DNA of 64,000 bases from Azolla caroliniana (lineage: Eukaryota; Plantae; Polypodiophyta). Each line of letters opens with the position of its first letter. The stretch's first letter is position 1. A program made the translations under genes and the position numbers. The stretch covers positions 7,626,001 to 7,690,000 of the forward strand of contig JBHGNT010000001.1 in the NCBI GenBank assembly GCA_043228905.1. The letters are read 5' to 3'. Shown in pieces: positions 1 to 12,411 of the stretch. The notes beneath the pieces were generated by a model. The model saw only the letters and a list, made by a program, of their open reading frames with translations, searched no databases and was not told the origin of the DNA.

Positions 1-818
1 TCTTGTGCTTTAGCAAGTTCTCCACATTTAGTATACATATTCACTAGTGCATTGCCAACGAGAACATGTTTTTCAAGCAAACCTTCTTTCAATATCTCAG
101 CATGTATTTCTTTTCCTTTTTCAAATGCTCGGATGCTACAACATGCTTTCAAGATGCAAACGAATGTGACGACATCAGGGGAAACACCTTGGCGTTGCAT
201 CCGATCAAAACAACTCAATGCTTCCTCACCAGGACCATGTTGGGCATATCCTGAAATTAATGCATTCCAACAAACCACATCCTGAATTGGAAGCTGATCG
301 AACACTTCTTGTGCTTTTGACATTGCACCACATTTGGTATACATATCAACCACCGCTGAGCCAAGCAAGATATCTTTTCCTAACAAACCCTCTTTGATGA
401 CATGACCATGCATTTCTTCCCCCTTTTCAAGAGATCCTATACTACCACATGCTTTTAAGATAGCAAGGAATGTGACCGAATTTGGCGAGATACCATCGTG
501 AACCATCATATCAAAACAATGCAATGCTTCATTACCTTGTCCTTGCTTTGCATATCCTGAGATCAATGCAGTCCAGGACACCACATCCTTCACACAAATC
601 TGATCGAACACATCTCGTGCTTTGGAAAGTGCCCCACATTTGGCATAAACATTGACCAAGGTGCTTCCAACACATGCGTTTTTCTCTAGGAGCCCGTTTC
701 TAGTGATTTCAGCATGTATTCTCTTGCAGTTGTCCAGCTCTTTTTTGGGAAGACATGCCTTCAATAGAGCTATATAAGTTGTGGCATCATCATGAGGTTT
801 GTGGTAATGGCTAGCCAT
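1..818 (-). CDS. PLS-class PPR protein (organellar RNA-editing factor type), 3' end runs off the window
   Basis: Manual translation from ATG at 818 gives MASHYHKPHDDATTYIALLKAC...VNVYAKCGALSKARDVFDQ..DVVSWTALISGYAKQG..PNSVTFLAILKACGS.., i.e. repeated P-L-S triplets. The frame is open to base 1, with an in-frame TGA upstream at 876-878. Confidence 0.92.
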   Translation of the reverse strand, partial: MASHYHKPHDDATTYIALLKACLPKKELDNCKRIHAEITRNGLLEKNACVGSTLVNVYAKCGALSKARDVFDQICVKDVVSWTALISGYAKQGQGNEALHCFDMMVHDGISPNSVTFLAILKACGSIGSLEKGEEMHGHVIKEGLLGKDILLGSAVVDMYTKCGAMSKAQEVFDQLPIQDVVCWNALISGYAQHGPGEEALSCFDRMQRQGVSPDVVTFVCILKACCSIRAFEKGKEIHAEILKEGLLEKHVLVGNALVNMYTKCGELAKAQ

Positions 819-3800
819 AGAAAGCTGTTGGCTTTCTTCTTCTTCTTCTTCTTCATCTTCTTCTATGCATTGTCCTCAAGTCTCCACACAGAAATCTACA
901 TTCTCTATGCTGGATGTGCATAGTTTCAAAGCCCTTTTTCTTAGTACCTCCTCTTAAAACTAATTAAGTCCTGCGAGGCGAGGTTGGTAAGCTCCATTCA
1001 GTTCTCTCTTGAGTCTCTCGGAAAGATCGCTTTCCGGCGACTATTCTTGGAACTCATTGGAACTAGCAATCTTTGTTGATAGGTTGTCACTTGGTCGGGT
1101 TCATGAAGCTCTCTCGGAATATATAGCATATTTGGTCTGTTATCGGCAAAGGAAGGTTTCCTCGAAGGTTCAAACATCCGGTCTCTTATTATCTCTTGGC
1201 AAAATTGAGTCTTGTGGTTGATTCATTGTTTCCAATAGTGGTTGATGTGTAGTGTATTATTTAGATTTTGGCCTGGGACTCACTAAGGTGAAGCAATCAC
1301 TCTTTTAAATATTGCTGAATCTTGGCATATTTGTATGAAATTAGGCTTATGCAAAAAACAATCCGTGAGGATAGCTATGAGGAGATGTGCAAGAATAGTT
1401 GGCTTTTGCGAACTATTTTGGGAGAAATGTTATAGGGACAACAATGGTTACTATGGAGACAATTTATAGACTCCATGTGGAAAAGGTGTTAAGTGATTGA
1501 AGGTAGCTTTTGGTGCAGCCAACACAAAGGCAATTGATTGATTGCGAGTAATCTTCACTAAGTGCAAAAGATAGCTAGCTCACATGGCACTGACATGGCA
1601 ACAAGTGATTGGTTGGTCGCAAAAATGTATGTGCAATAAGGTTGGACCAAAGTATTTGTAGAACACTAACCAAATGTGCAATTTGAAGAAGTGGTTTAGA
1701 CTATTGCCCAACTACCCAAGTATGAAACGAAATCGAGTAAAATTCAAATTTATGGTCCCACATAAGATTGTATCCAATGCCTTAGATTTACAAGACGAGT
1801 GCTTTACAACTAACCTATGTATAGAAATAAAGAAATGACTTAATTGTTGCAACCGTGATTTCTTTCTTTGAACATAGTTTGTTTACCAATGTTTATATTC
1901 AGGTTGTTTAGAAGATAATACATGAGAAATTGTCCCCTTATTCACTAACGGAAATTTTCATCGCCCACTTATTCAACACATTGTTATACTATGTTATTAT
2001 GCATAGAAGCAATTATGTTCCATCATGCATCTAGGAGCAAACAACTTGCACATTGTATGGGCAACAAGGGTGCCATCTCTATGTAGTTGTTACACTCAAC
2101 TTCTCCATGTTTGGCTCATTCATGCATACCATCTTTGATTTCGGGCATGCTATACACATCAATGATATAGAGGTATTTTCATTGGAAGGCTATGATTTCG
2201 GGCCTGCAAGAAAGCTCTTCATAGACCCAACATGATGAATGTCCAGGTATTTACGATATCCCGGGATAATGGCAATGAGAATAACAAGATAATTCCTTGT
2301 ATTTTGTGCTCAATTTAAAAGATATGTGTTTGCAATGACTCAAGATGACATTAAATGCATTTAAATTGTAGAGCAACACTCTTACTCTCTCTCATTTCTG
2401 AATCCATAAGCCATTGCATCAAGTAAATTTTGTTCAAGGTGAAATCATGCTCATATGTTTGGCAAAGTCGACATCCTTGGTGTTTCAGAGGAAACTTGTT
2501 ACTTGAATGTGTTAAAGAGTGATTTTTTGTTAGTACTAAGGATAATGCCTTTCCCTTGCCATTGAGGCTTTATTAGTACATAAAACTTCTGTAATTTTAC
2601 AGAGAAGAGATGGAAATCATACAGCTGAAAAGAGAGAAAACCATGCACAGGTTTAGCTGAAATATTGGGCATGGACAAGCTGTTATACACAATATATGCA
2701 CACATTCACATGGCCATAATTCAGTTAATTCATTAACACATTGTTTTTGCTAAACAAACTATGACTGTTATGTGAGAGATTCTCATGAAGTAATATAGAA
2801 AAGTCCATGTTAATGCACTATCTACACATTCTGTCAATTAATACAAGAAAAATAGGAGCTTATGTGACAAACTCTTCTCATTAAGTAGTTTTTGGGCAAT
2901 TTCCATGCTCAAAGGCAATAATATGGGTGATATTTTACAAATATAACAGGTTTCTTATTCATCTCAAGGTAAGGTAAACAGAAAAAATGTAAGCATTCAC
3001 CCTGATAGGAATGATTGTGCATATGTGTAACTTCGAAAAAAAAGATCTTCAGTCTACTTTAAGCGAAGACAACTTGTTTTAGGTACTAGAATAAATGGTT
3101 ACAACCAAGAGAGACAGATGTTTAACTGGCTATTCAACTGTTTGCAATACATTATTGTATCCTCATATGTTGACTCTGTTTGCAGTACATTGTTGTATCT
3201 TCATATGTGACTCAACAGTACCATACATTCTGTGCGATCAACCATACATAACCAGTTGAAGAAATCCATATCTTAAATATCAAGAAGAATTGCAATATTT
3301 CCTTGAAATGGATACATGACTATCCGATAGGTAAAAAATTTGAGTGTCCCATCAAGTTACAGTCACTTAGCTAGAATTTGGTGATTCAATTCAGTAAAAC
3401 TGATCATAAATGATTTTTAAGGGCATTAAGGTAATTGTCAAAGTTTCATACTTTTGTTCTAAATTCTGGATGAGAGCCCTGAAGATTTACAGTAATTACT
3501 AATAAGTAACTTTATTTTCCATTTCCCTAGTTTAACAGAATAGTGAGAGTGCCTAAATAAATGAAGTTCTGATTTGAAAATCAAATCCCATTAAAGCATA
3601 AATGGGACGTCGAGGCTCCTCTTATATTAGGTTAATTCATTCAACAATAAATAAGAGGCAGGGGTTGCATCACATTGTGTGTCATGTCTGGATGGCTCCG
3701 ACTACTTGTAACCTAACCACCATGACAGACATTCAACCTCTAGTCAATTTTAAGATATGTTACTTCATAATTGATATGGCTATTCACGGTGACTTATTAG

Positions 3801-3901
3801 GTTATTTTGCAAGATGTCTTGTTTGCTCCCAACACTTATATCGATAGACAATAAAGGAACCCGTAGTTTGTTTTAACAATTCATCTATTAATTCTATTAG
3901 G

Positions 3902-5228
3902 CTATTTCTCTTCATAGACCATGTGATCACCATCAACAAAAGATGGTGGACGGCGGGAGAGGACAGGGCATCGTTTTGGTAGTTTGGGAGCTTTAAAGTC
4001 GGTGTGATACATGGTCTCTCCACTAAATTTAGTGGCTGGTTCAGGGTTCTTCTTAACGTCACCCCTACGAGCTGCAAGTGGCCATTTCTTGTATGTGTCA
4101 TGGTATGTTGTTTCCCCATTGAACTTAGCACCGAGTTCAGCGACATTGGAAGAAGAGTTACAACCAGTGGTATTAACAGCAGGTAGTGCGCGTTTGGGCA
4201 TTGGCTTGGGACCAAAGTCGGCATGATGAGTCGTCTCCCCATAGAAAGGGGCACTGGAGGTAGTGTTAATGGAACCATGCGTTGGCATTATGCGTCGGGG
4301 TAGCTGCTTGGATTTGTCCCAGAAAGTGCCATTGTAAGTCGTTCTGCTGTCTAACGGATGCTGACCACCATCGCCGATGCAGTTGTTGTTATGATTCGCA
4401 GATGGGTCTCGTGCCGGCGCTGCGCGGGTCGGCATCTTTTTGGGCGCATAATCCACCATGTTTGTCGTGATGCCCACAAACTTGGTCCCATCCTTTGCCG
4501 ACCCTGCAGCCTCTGTGCGGCATGGGGCGCGTCGCTGACGGGGCCAGGCGACGAACGTTTGCCTGTACTCAGATCCCAAATCCGATGGATAATGGATGGC
4601 TGTTGATGTGTGCTTCGACGGACATTTGTGGAGGCCGCATTCACAGATATTGCACATGCACAACGCCTGCGCGCATTACAATATATACACAATAGCATCG
4701 TCACATGCAGTGGTTTTGAATACTGCACCACACATACAAGTAAGTGACTTCACACCCCAACATTGCAATCCAAATTTCATCATCGAGTAGAAAAAAAGAA
4801 GCGATTAAAATGCCAGAAGATTTCACGGTATATTTCAGAATTTAACGTAAAACAGAAAAAGAAAAGAAAAACACTTGATCTGCCAGAATCGAATTAACAA
4901 AAAAAAAAGGCATGTACAAATTTCCCTATCACATAGAATCCAAAATTTCCAGAGTTGAATTCATTTGGAATAAATAAATAAATAAGTGCACTGAATCTCT
5001 CTGAATTTAATGAAAATATGCCAGGATTGAGCTAGAAAAAAATAACAGTTAAGGCTCTATTGCACTTCAACCCAAATTTCCGAATTGAGATAGAAAAACT
5101 GAATAAAAACGCATTCAATCACCCACAAACATTGAAACCACATCTCAGAATTTGAATTAGAGATAAGAAAGAGAAGATTTTGACCAACATACTCCGCATT
5201 GTTGATCTGTTACGGATCCCGGTGCCAT
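3902..5228 (-). CDS. SAXO: SAXO/FAM154-like stabilizer of axonemal microtubules (Mn-motif microtubule inner protein), 2 exons: 5193-5228 and 3902-4666, about 266 aa
   Basis: N-terminal CMCNICECGLHKCP matches the SAXO CxCxxCxCGxHxC motif. Six Mn-like repeats: SEYRQTF, TTNMVDY, TTYNGTF, TTHHADF, TTYHDTY, TMYHTDF. Exon 1 (MAPGSVTDQQCG) ends at GTATGT and joins in phase 0 to GCAG|GCG TTG TGC. Confidence 0.85.
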
Positions 5229-6529
5229 TTTCTTCTTCTTCTTCTCTTTTATAGACTGCAGATTTAGATTTGGGTGCTTTTTTATGCGTGTGTGTGTATT
5301 TTAATTAAGAAACAAGACTTACTTGCAAGACAGAGTAGTGTATATAATCTTGTTGTTTTTATCCTGTGCGATTGAACCTGCTGCTTTTTTTAATCAAACG
5401 GATATGAGTGTTAGGAATCACAACAGAACGATAATAAAAGAAATAAAAACAGCGCAGAAAGTGCGCAAAAGCAGGACTATCCAAATCCAATCAATTACAC
5501 TTAATCCACTCTCTCTGTCTCTCTGTCTCTCTCTCTCTCACACACACATTCATTTTCTCTGTGTTTCCCGCTTTATGTCTCTTTTCCGCCAAAGGGACGC
5601 ATCGATTCGATGAGAGACAGAGAGAGAGATTCCATGGCCTTCCCTTCCACACCATGGGATTCACACAGAGATGCCATTTCCCTTCCTTCCATTCTGGTAT
5701 GTTAACCAAAGGTGTGAACCCAAGTGCCCAATGTATGGTCACAATACACTAAATGTATTTTTTTGTCCAAAATTACACTAAATGTATTTGTTTTTTTTGC
5801 TCGTTGGACCCAATCTATGGTCATTAGAGCCTAATGTAAGTGTTTACAATCAACTTCGTCCATGAGGGCATGAACAATGTCAGAAAGGCAAACATGTGGA
5901 AGTTCTACAGTTTTAAATCCTAATATCAAATCTGAGAACATGTGGGATTTATAAACTTGAGACATGTCTATACTGGTACCACATTCGAAAGAAAATTCTA
6001 AAGAGGAAATTTGTTAACCACTATGGCATTGATTAAATGAACTAGACAATTTTTTCTTTCAAGAAATTTTAATTATGTGGATGAATAAATATAGACTAAT
6101 GTTTTATAGATATTTGAACTATGTTTATCATCATAACATGGACTTGCCTATCTCTTCTTGATCCTCTTCTTGACAAATGGCAAGTATCTGTTGTTACTTA
6201 GCTACATGTGGTTACATCCATGTCTGAATAACATTGGAAAGATAATGTTATCATAGTCCTTTTTGTATTTTTCAAGACACCTAAGCATATCTATACAGAA
6301 GTAGTACCTCAACAAGATTGCTATGATATACTATAATTAAATGGCTAGAAAAAAACGATATTTTCCTTCGATCGATGTATGTATGTCATGTCAATTAGTT
6401 ATCATGTAGGGATATATGCCAAGACATTGGATCCTTAATGTGTACACAAGTTATTATTCTTGTAATACAGTTATGTTAGTAGGAAACCCTCAATATGAGG
6501 TGAAAAAACCCACAAAAAATGAATTGTGT

Positions 6530-9388
6530 TCAAGTTCTAGCAGATGCATAAACATTACTCATAGAAATATAAGCTGAGGCATAGGTGTCATCCAATTTCA
6601 TTGCATGCTCAAAAGCTAGTCTTCCAAGTTCCACACTCTGCCCTCTTTGACAAGCACCCAAGAGAGAAATCCACATTGGCAGATAATCCAACACTGGCAT
6701 CGTCATAATCATTGTCATTGCTTTATCGATATTCCCTGCCCTAGTAAAAAGGTCAACCATGCAAGTTTGGTGTTCTAAAGTTGGGATGATCCCATAGTCT
6801 AACCTCATACTTATAAAACACAACTGACCGCTATCCACCAAGCCTGAGTGTGTACATGCATTAAGCACAACTGTGAAAGTAACCAAGTCCGGCTCCACGC
6901 CATCCCTCATCATTTTGTTGAATATGTTGATAACGATATCCTCCTTTCCCACCTGCGCATATCCAGCCATTAATGCCGTCCATGAGACTACATCCCGAAT
7001 CTTAAGCTCGTCAAACACTTCTTGAGCTTTGGAAGGAGCCCCACATTTACTATACATATCAAGCAATGCATTTCCATACAAAACATCTTTCTCTAACAAC
7101 CCCGCTTTGATAATATCAGCATGTATTTCTTTGCCCTTGTCTATTGCCCCTACATTGCTACATGCTTTCAAGGCATAAAGCAAAGTGGAATCATCGGGAG
7201 AGAATCCTTCGCATTGCATTTGCTCAAAAAGGTTTAATGCTTCCTCATCATGTTCATTTTCGACATATCCTGCAATCATTGTGTTCCAAGACATTATGTC
7301 TCGAACTGGAAGCTTGTTGAATACCTCTTGCACTTTCGTCAGCTCCCCACATTTGGGATACATATCCAACAACGCATTGCTAACCAATACACTTACTTGA
7401 GATAACCCTTCACTGACAACCTTAGCATGTATTACCTTCCCTTGCTGAATTTCTCTTAATCTGCCACAAGCTTTCAACATACAAATATAGGTGAGTGCAT
7501 TTGGAGAAACGCCCTCACAATGCATCCTTTCAAAACACTTCAGAGCTTCCTCATTATAGCCATGCTGAGCATATCCTGCTATCAACGCATTGATCAAAAC
7601 TACATCTGTATTTGGAATGTGACTGAAGGTTTCTTGAGCTTTTGCTACTGCACCACATTTGACATACATGTCCACCAATGCTGTGCCAAGCAACACATCG
7701 TTTCCCAGCCCTTCTCTCATGATCTCAGCATGTAACTGTTTTCCCCTGGTGAGTTCTCCTATACTTGCACATGCTTTCAGCACAGAAACAAAAGTAAAAG
7801 CATCCGGAGAAAGGCCCTGAAGTTGCATCATTTCAAAACAGTTTACTGCTGCCTGCCCATAAACACCATTAGCATAAAGTTGAATGATTGTGTTCCAAGA
7901 GACTAAGTCCTGAACTGGAAGTTCATCAAACACTTCTAGGGCTTTTGTAAGCATGGAACATTTCGCATACATATCTATCAAAGCATTGCCAACAGAGATG
8001 TCAAACAACCCTTCTTTGATTACATAAGCATGTATTTCTTGACCCTTATTTGATGCTTGTAAGCTGCCACAAGCTCTCAATACGGAAACCAAAGTGATCG
8101 TATTTGGTGAAACACCTTCACGCTGCATCTCCTCAAAACAATGCAATGCTTTATCACCTTGTTTGTGTTGCATATATCCAGCAATGAGGGCAGACCATGC
8201 AACCACATCTTGAACACGAAGTTCATCGAAAACATTTTGTGCTTCAGTTATTGCACGGCATTTAGCATACATATCAACCAATGCATTGCCAATTGGAATA
8301 TCCCTCTCTAAAAATCCTTGCTTAGTAACAATTGCATGCATTTCTTTGCCCTTATGGATCGATGTTATACTGCCACATGCATTCAAGATATACACACAAG
8401 TAACTTGATTTGGAAAGAGGCCCTCTAGATGAATTTGGTGAAAAGCTTGAACTGCTCTTTCTCCATATCCATGTTGCACATAGCCTGCAATGAGTACATT
8501 CCAACAAACCACGTCATGCATCCTAACCTGATCAAACGCCTCCTGTGCGTTTTCTACTTTACCACACCTGCCATACATATCCACCAATGCAGTCCCAAGC
8601 ACGGTGTTTGTTTTCAACCAGCCCTCTCTAACAATTTCAGAATGTATTTCTTTCCCCTTATCAGCTAAACTGATGCTACCACAAGCCTTCAGTATACAAA
8701 CATATGTGACAGCATTAGGAGAGAAACCATTTTTTTGCATTGATTGAAAACACTTGAATGCTTCTTCAGCATACTCATGTTGGGCATATGCAGAGATTAT
8801 TGTGTTCCAAGAGGCCACATCCCAAACCAGTGAAAGGTCATCAAATACTTGTCTTGCTTTCACAAGGTCGCCACATTTTGCATACATATCCACCATGGCA
8901 GTCCCAACCAGAACATTTGTTCTTTGCAATCTTTCTATTGCAATTTTGGTATGTATTTGTTTGGCTAATGCCAAACAAGATTCTCCAGTGCTACCACAAG
9001 CTTTTAAGACACAAACAAAGGTTACCGAACTCGGCAACAGGGCCTCACATTGCATCCTTTCAAAACAATGCAATGTTGCCACACCATGACCATGTTGGGC
9101 ATATCCAGACATGATAGTATTCCACGATATGACATCCCTAAGACAAAGATTGCTGAAGAACACTTCCTCCGCCTTTGCAATTACACCACATTTTATGTAA
9201 ACACTCATCAGAGTACTGGCAATGTATACGTTTTCGTCAAGTAGTCCTCCTTCGAGGATGTCGCTGTGAATCGCGATGACTTTATCGAGGTCTTTTTGTT
9301 TTGCATGAACCTTGAGGGTAGCCACAAGGGCAGTACCCTCTCCCAGCTTCTGGAGTTTTCCATGTATACCTTCATGAGCCTTCTTCAT
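6530..9388 (-). CDS. PLS-class PPR protein, E subclass (about 26 P/L/S motifs + E1 + partial E2, no DYW), 952 aa, intronless
   Basis: Eight S motifs (DMY.KCG type) alternate with P (DVVSWN..I.GY) and L (P..VTF..VLKAC) motifs. These are followed by P2-L2-S2 (EHQTCMVDLFTRAG), E1 (WISLLGAC) and a truncated E2 (AYISMSNVYAS*). Confidence 0.95.
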   Translation of the reverse strand: MKKAHEGIHGKLQKLGEGTALVATLKVHAKQKDLDKVIAIHSDILEGGLLDENVYIASTLMSVYIKCGVIAKAEEVFFSNLCLRDVISWNTIMSGYAQHGHGVATLHCFERMQCEALLPSSVTFVCVLKACGSTGESCLALAKQIHTKIAIERLQRTNVLVGTAMVDMYAKCGDLVKARQVFDDLSLVWDVASWNTIISAYAQHEYAEEAFKCFQSMQKNGFSPNAVTYVCILKACGSISLADKGKEIHSEIVREGWLKTNTVLGTALVDMYGRCGKVENAQEAFDQVRMHDVVCWNVLIAGYVQHGYGERAVQAFHQIHLEGLFPNQVTCVYILNACGSITSIHKGKEMHAIVTKQGFLERDIPIGNALVDMYAKCRAITEAQNVFDELRVQDVVAWSALIAGYMQHKQGDKALHCFEEMQREGVSPNTITLVSVLRACGSLQASNKGQEIHAYVIKEGLFDISVGNALIDMYAKCSMLTKALEVFDELPVQDLVSWNTIIQLYANGVYGQAAVNCFEMMQLQGLSPDAFTFVSVLKACASIGELTRGKQLHAEIMREGLGNDVLLGTALVDMYVKCGAVAKAQETFSHIPNTDVVLINALIAGYAQHGYNEEALKCFERMHCEGVSPNALTYICMLKACGRLREIQQGKVIHAKVVSEGLSQVSVLVSNALLDMYPKCGELTKVQEVFNKLPVRDIMSWNTMIAGYVENEHDEEALNLFEQMQCEGFSPDDSTLLYALKACSNVGAIDKGKEIHADIIKAGLLEKDVLYGNALLDMYSKCGAPSKAQEVFDELKIRDVVSWTALMAGYAQVGKEDIVINIFNKMMRDGVEPDLVTFTVVLNACTHSGLVDSGQLCFISMRLDYGIIPTLEHQTCMVDLFTRAGNIDKAMTMIMTMPVLDYLPMWISLLGACQRGQSVELGRLAFEHAMKLDDTYASAYISMSNVYASART

Positions 9389-9496
9389 GTCTTCTTCTTA
9401 TCCCTCTTCATGTCTTCTTCTTCTTCCTCCTCTTCCTCCTCATGTCTGCTTCTTCTTCTTCTTCTTCTTCTTCTTCCTCCTTTTCCCTTCAGCCAT
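9385..9496 (-). promoter_or_regulatory. Three chained Lys/Arg-rich uORFs (9440-9496, 9408-9443, 9385-9411), each stop overlapping the next ATG (ATGA)
   Basis: Read directly from the sequence: MAEGKRRKKKKKKKKKQT*, MRRKRRKKKKT*, MKRDKKKT*, then the main ORF MKKAHE. Transcription of this region is assumed. Confidence 0.5.
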
Positions 9497-9730
9497 GTAG
9501 GGAAGAACAGGGGATACTGGAAATACTAAGTTTGAACCTCTTACTCAAACACATAAACTTTCTCTTCATGGTGGCCATGAGACCATTGTTGTAAACTTAT
9601 TATGACACATGTATCACACATATACATAATACATACATGTGCATGTGCGATCCCTCGCCTAATTTTATTTTATTGTGAGTACACTCGTATGTCTAGACTT
9701 CCTCGTTACTCATTGACTAGAACACACACA

Positions 9731-9733
<3 letters not shown>

Positions 9734-9771
<38 letters not shown>
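9734..9771. repeat. (AG)n microsatellite
   Basis: Perfect AG dinucleotide run upstream of the PPR gene. Confidence 0.9.
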
Positions 9772-9774
<3 letters not shown>

Positions 9775-10852
9775 CCCTTGGTAGAGACGTTTCTCCACCA
9801 TTGGATCATGTCAAATAGACAGCAACCCCGTCCCGACACATAAAATGCTCTCTGTGTGTGCCTTACCCGTTAATATCCATTTACGTTTTGCTTGTATCCA
9901 AACTCCCGTATGACCTCTAAACTCGATTGTTTAATATTTTGCTCTTCTTCACATTTAAATGTAGTGTACATAACTTCATTTCAATTAAGTAAATGTAGTG
10001 TACAAAAGTTTGTTTGCTTGGCTCTTTGTAAGGAATGTGCAGTTATTTTCCAATACAAAGTATGTGTACTTCTAACAATTATTTTGTACTTACACTAAAG
10101 TATAGAAGCTTTGAGAAATGGTTTTCAAAATTATGCTTATGATATAAATACAATCGATTTTAGATTGTTTTTTCATTGGAGTATTTTGAATGCAATTGTA
10201 AAACAAATTAGCTTCCAAAAAAAGACAAATTTTGGGGAGATTTTCATCAAGATATAGAAGATATACTATACTAATCATCCTATCAATCCCAACAATGACA
10301 ATGTGATAAGGTTTGCAACCATGTTTGTTGTTCAAGTTAAGGGACTTTGACGCACACACTAGGAACACACAAATGAGAATGTGTAGCAAGAGTGAAGTTA
10401 TGTACATGAAAATTGACAACAACACGGTGTGTGGAACGTAGGTACAATATAATGAGGAATTGTGACCAATTATGAGAAAGTTTCATGGATTTCAACTTTG
10501 TATATGGATCAATTTGATAAAAAGGATGTCAAACTTACAAACTCCAAATTTGTGCTCCATATGTGGATGGTATTGTGTTAATTACGGGCTCCCCAAGGAA
10601 AAACAAAAGCACCTAGACCATTTGCACACATTTTGTTGAACAGCATTGAATGTAGGGATAAATAAGAATTGTACTCAACAAATTCATGCATGAGCATTTA
10701 GATGGTGCCCATTGTCAACAATTTAAAGTTGGGAAAATATGGTCAAATGCATGTGATCGTAGTATAATGTATAGATAGGACCACAAGAGTTTCTTTATGA
10801 GCACAAACATGGTTAGCATGATTGTCTAGAGAACATGGGGATCTGGGAACCT

Positions 10853-10884
<32 letters not shown>

Positions 10885-12411
10885 GAAACTGGTGTGTGTT
10901 TCTTCTCCCAAACACAAAGATATTCCTCACTATTGACCCTTGAAAATCTTTAATACCCAATGCAAAGAACAAGGAACCAATGTCAATATGTTGCTCAAAT
11001 GAAGGGAAGATTGTCACTTTAAATCTCATGGCAGGAGGAGGATAGCTGCAATATCTCCTTTCCTCCTACTACAACTTAGATTGCCATCATCTAGAAATTG
11101 TTGCTTAATGAACCTAAATCAATCTCTAATACCTAATGGTAGTGAAATGGCTATCCCGTGTCACCTAGATCAATTCTCAAATGTCATGTGGTAGCAAAAT
11201 GGCTCATTATTGGTCCCTCTCAATGCAATATTACAAGACTGCTTCATTTTACAACCCTCTTACATGAGCACCCAAGGTATCATGAGTCACATGCTTTGCA
11301 CATGTTGATTTGTGAGAAAAACCCATAGGGTAGTGCCCACCTAAGTGACACCCTATATAAAGCCTGCATCATCAACACCCATTCTATTGCCTTGCATCAT
11401 TACCATTTAAAGGGATTTTGCCAAAGATATTGATTTGGCAAAGATAGAGAAGTTGATTAAGTCTCGTGTCAAGCTATTCTACTCCGTTGCAGCCATTGCC
11501 TCTTCAATAATAAATAGTATAGAAAGGAAAAGGCAAAGGTTCAACACTTAATTACCATTCAAAACAATCGAGGATAACAGTGGACTTTTTTATTGAAGTA
11601 TGCTAATCAGGATGGAAATTCATGCTATGAACAAAGTAAGACATACAATATATAATCACCTTTGCAAAACAAATCTACAATGCATATTAGCATATAAAGG
11701 AATTTGGAAAGCAGCTCATCATGATACTAATATTCTCATGCTTAAATAGCTGAAGCAAGAAATGCACAACAACTCCAAGTCAGCCAGATGCTTAAAGAAT
11801 GGAATCAGTACTTCCCATATCATGAATTTTGTACAAAGAATAGACATGAAATGCCTCTGAAATGAAGGCAAACAATATTGGCTTCCGGCTAGAATCAATA
11901 AGAATGTCAGTATCAAATACAGCATAAGATATCCCCTTAATTGTTAAGAATAATAATAAGATACAGGTTCCTCATTAGTATGGGCATATATAACTGTACA
12001 GTTAACAAGTCACGTGATGCTCTTCAATGTTAGATTATGTGAGTTTGTGATTCGCCAAAATGTGTCAATGGAACGCCGCAAATAAATCACTGGTACACTC
12101 TTCCAAATCAGAAATTAATATCCTCCTCCAACTCTCAGATATATATTCAGCTGCAGCCGCAACATGTTCAAGTTTGGAATTGTTTATTGAATGGTAAGTT
12201 TTGAGTCAGGTGCAAGAAAAAACTGGCAGCAAAAGCAAACTCTTGATTTTGTTTCATAAGACTGCTTATGCTTCCATGAGTCGCTCCCACATCAATACTT
12301 CACAGACAAACTAGAGCACAAACACAATGCACCTCAAGGATAACTTTCCTACTTTTCGTAGAGAAGAAAGGGAGGTGGTGTTAACTGCTCCATGATTTCC
12401 CTGGGTTAATA

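Noticed and set aside
2020-2240. Possible hAT transposase remnant on the minus strand (VYEEL..., LLPIQCASCLL)
   Set aside because: The resemblance is too weak and stop-ridden to call without a search.
7185-9244. Plus-strand ORFs over the PPR gene (also 52-285)
   Set aside because: Antisense shadows of the repetitive PPR coding frame.
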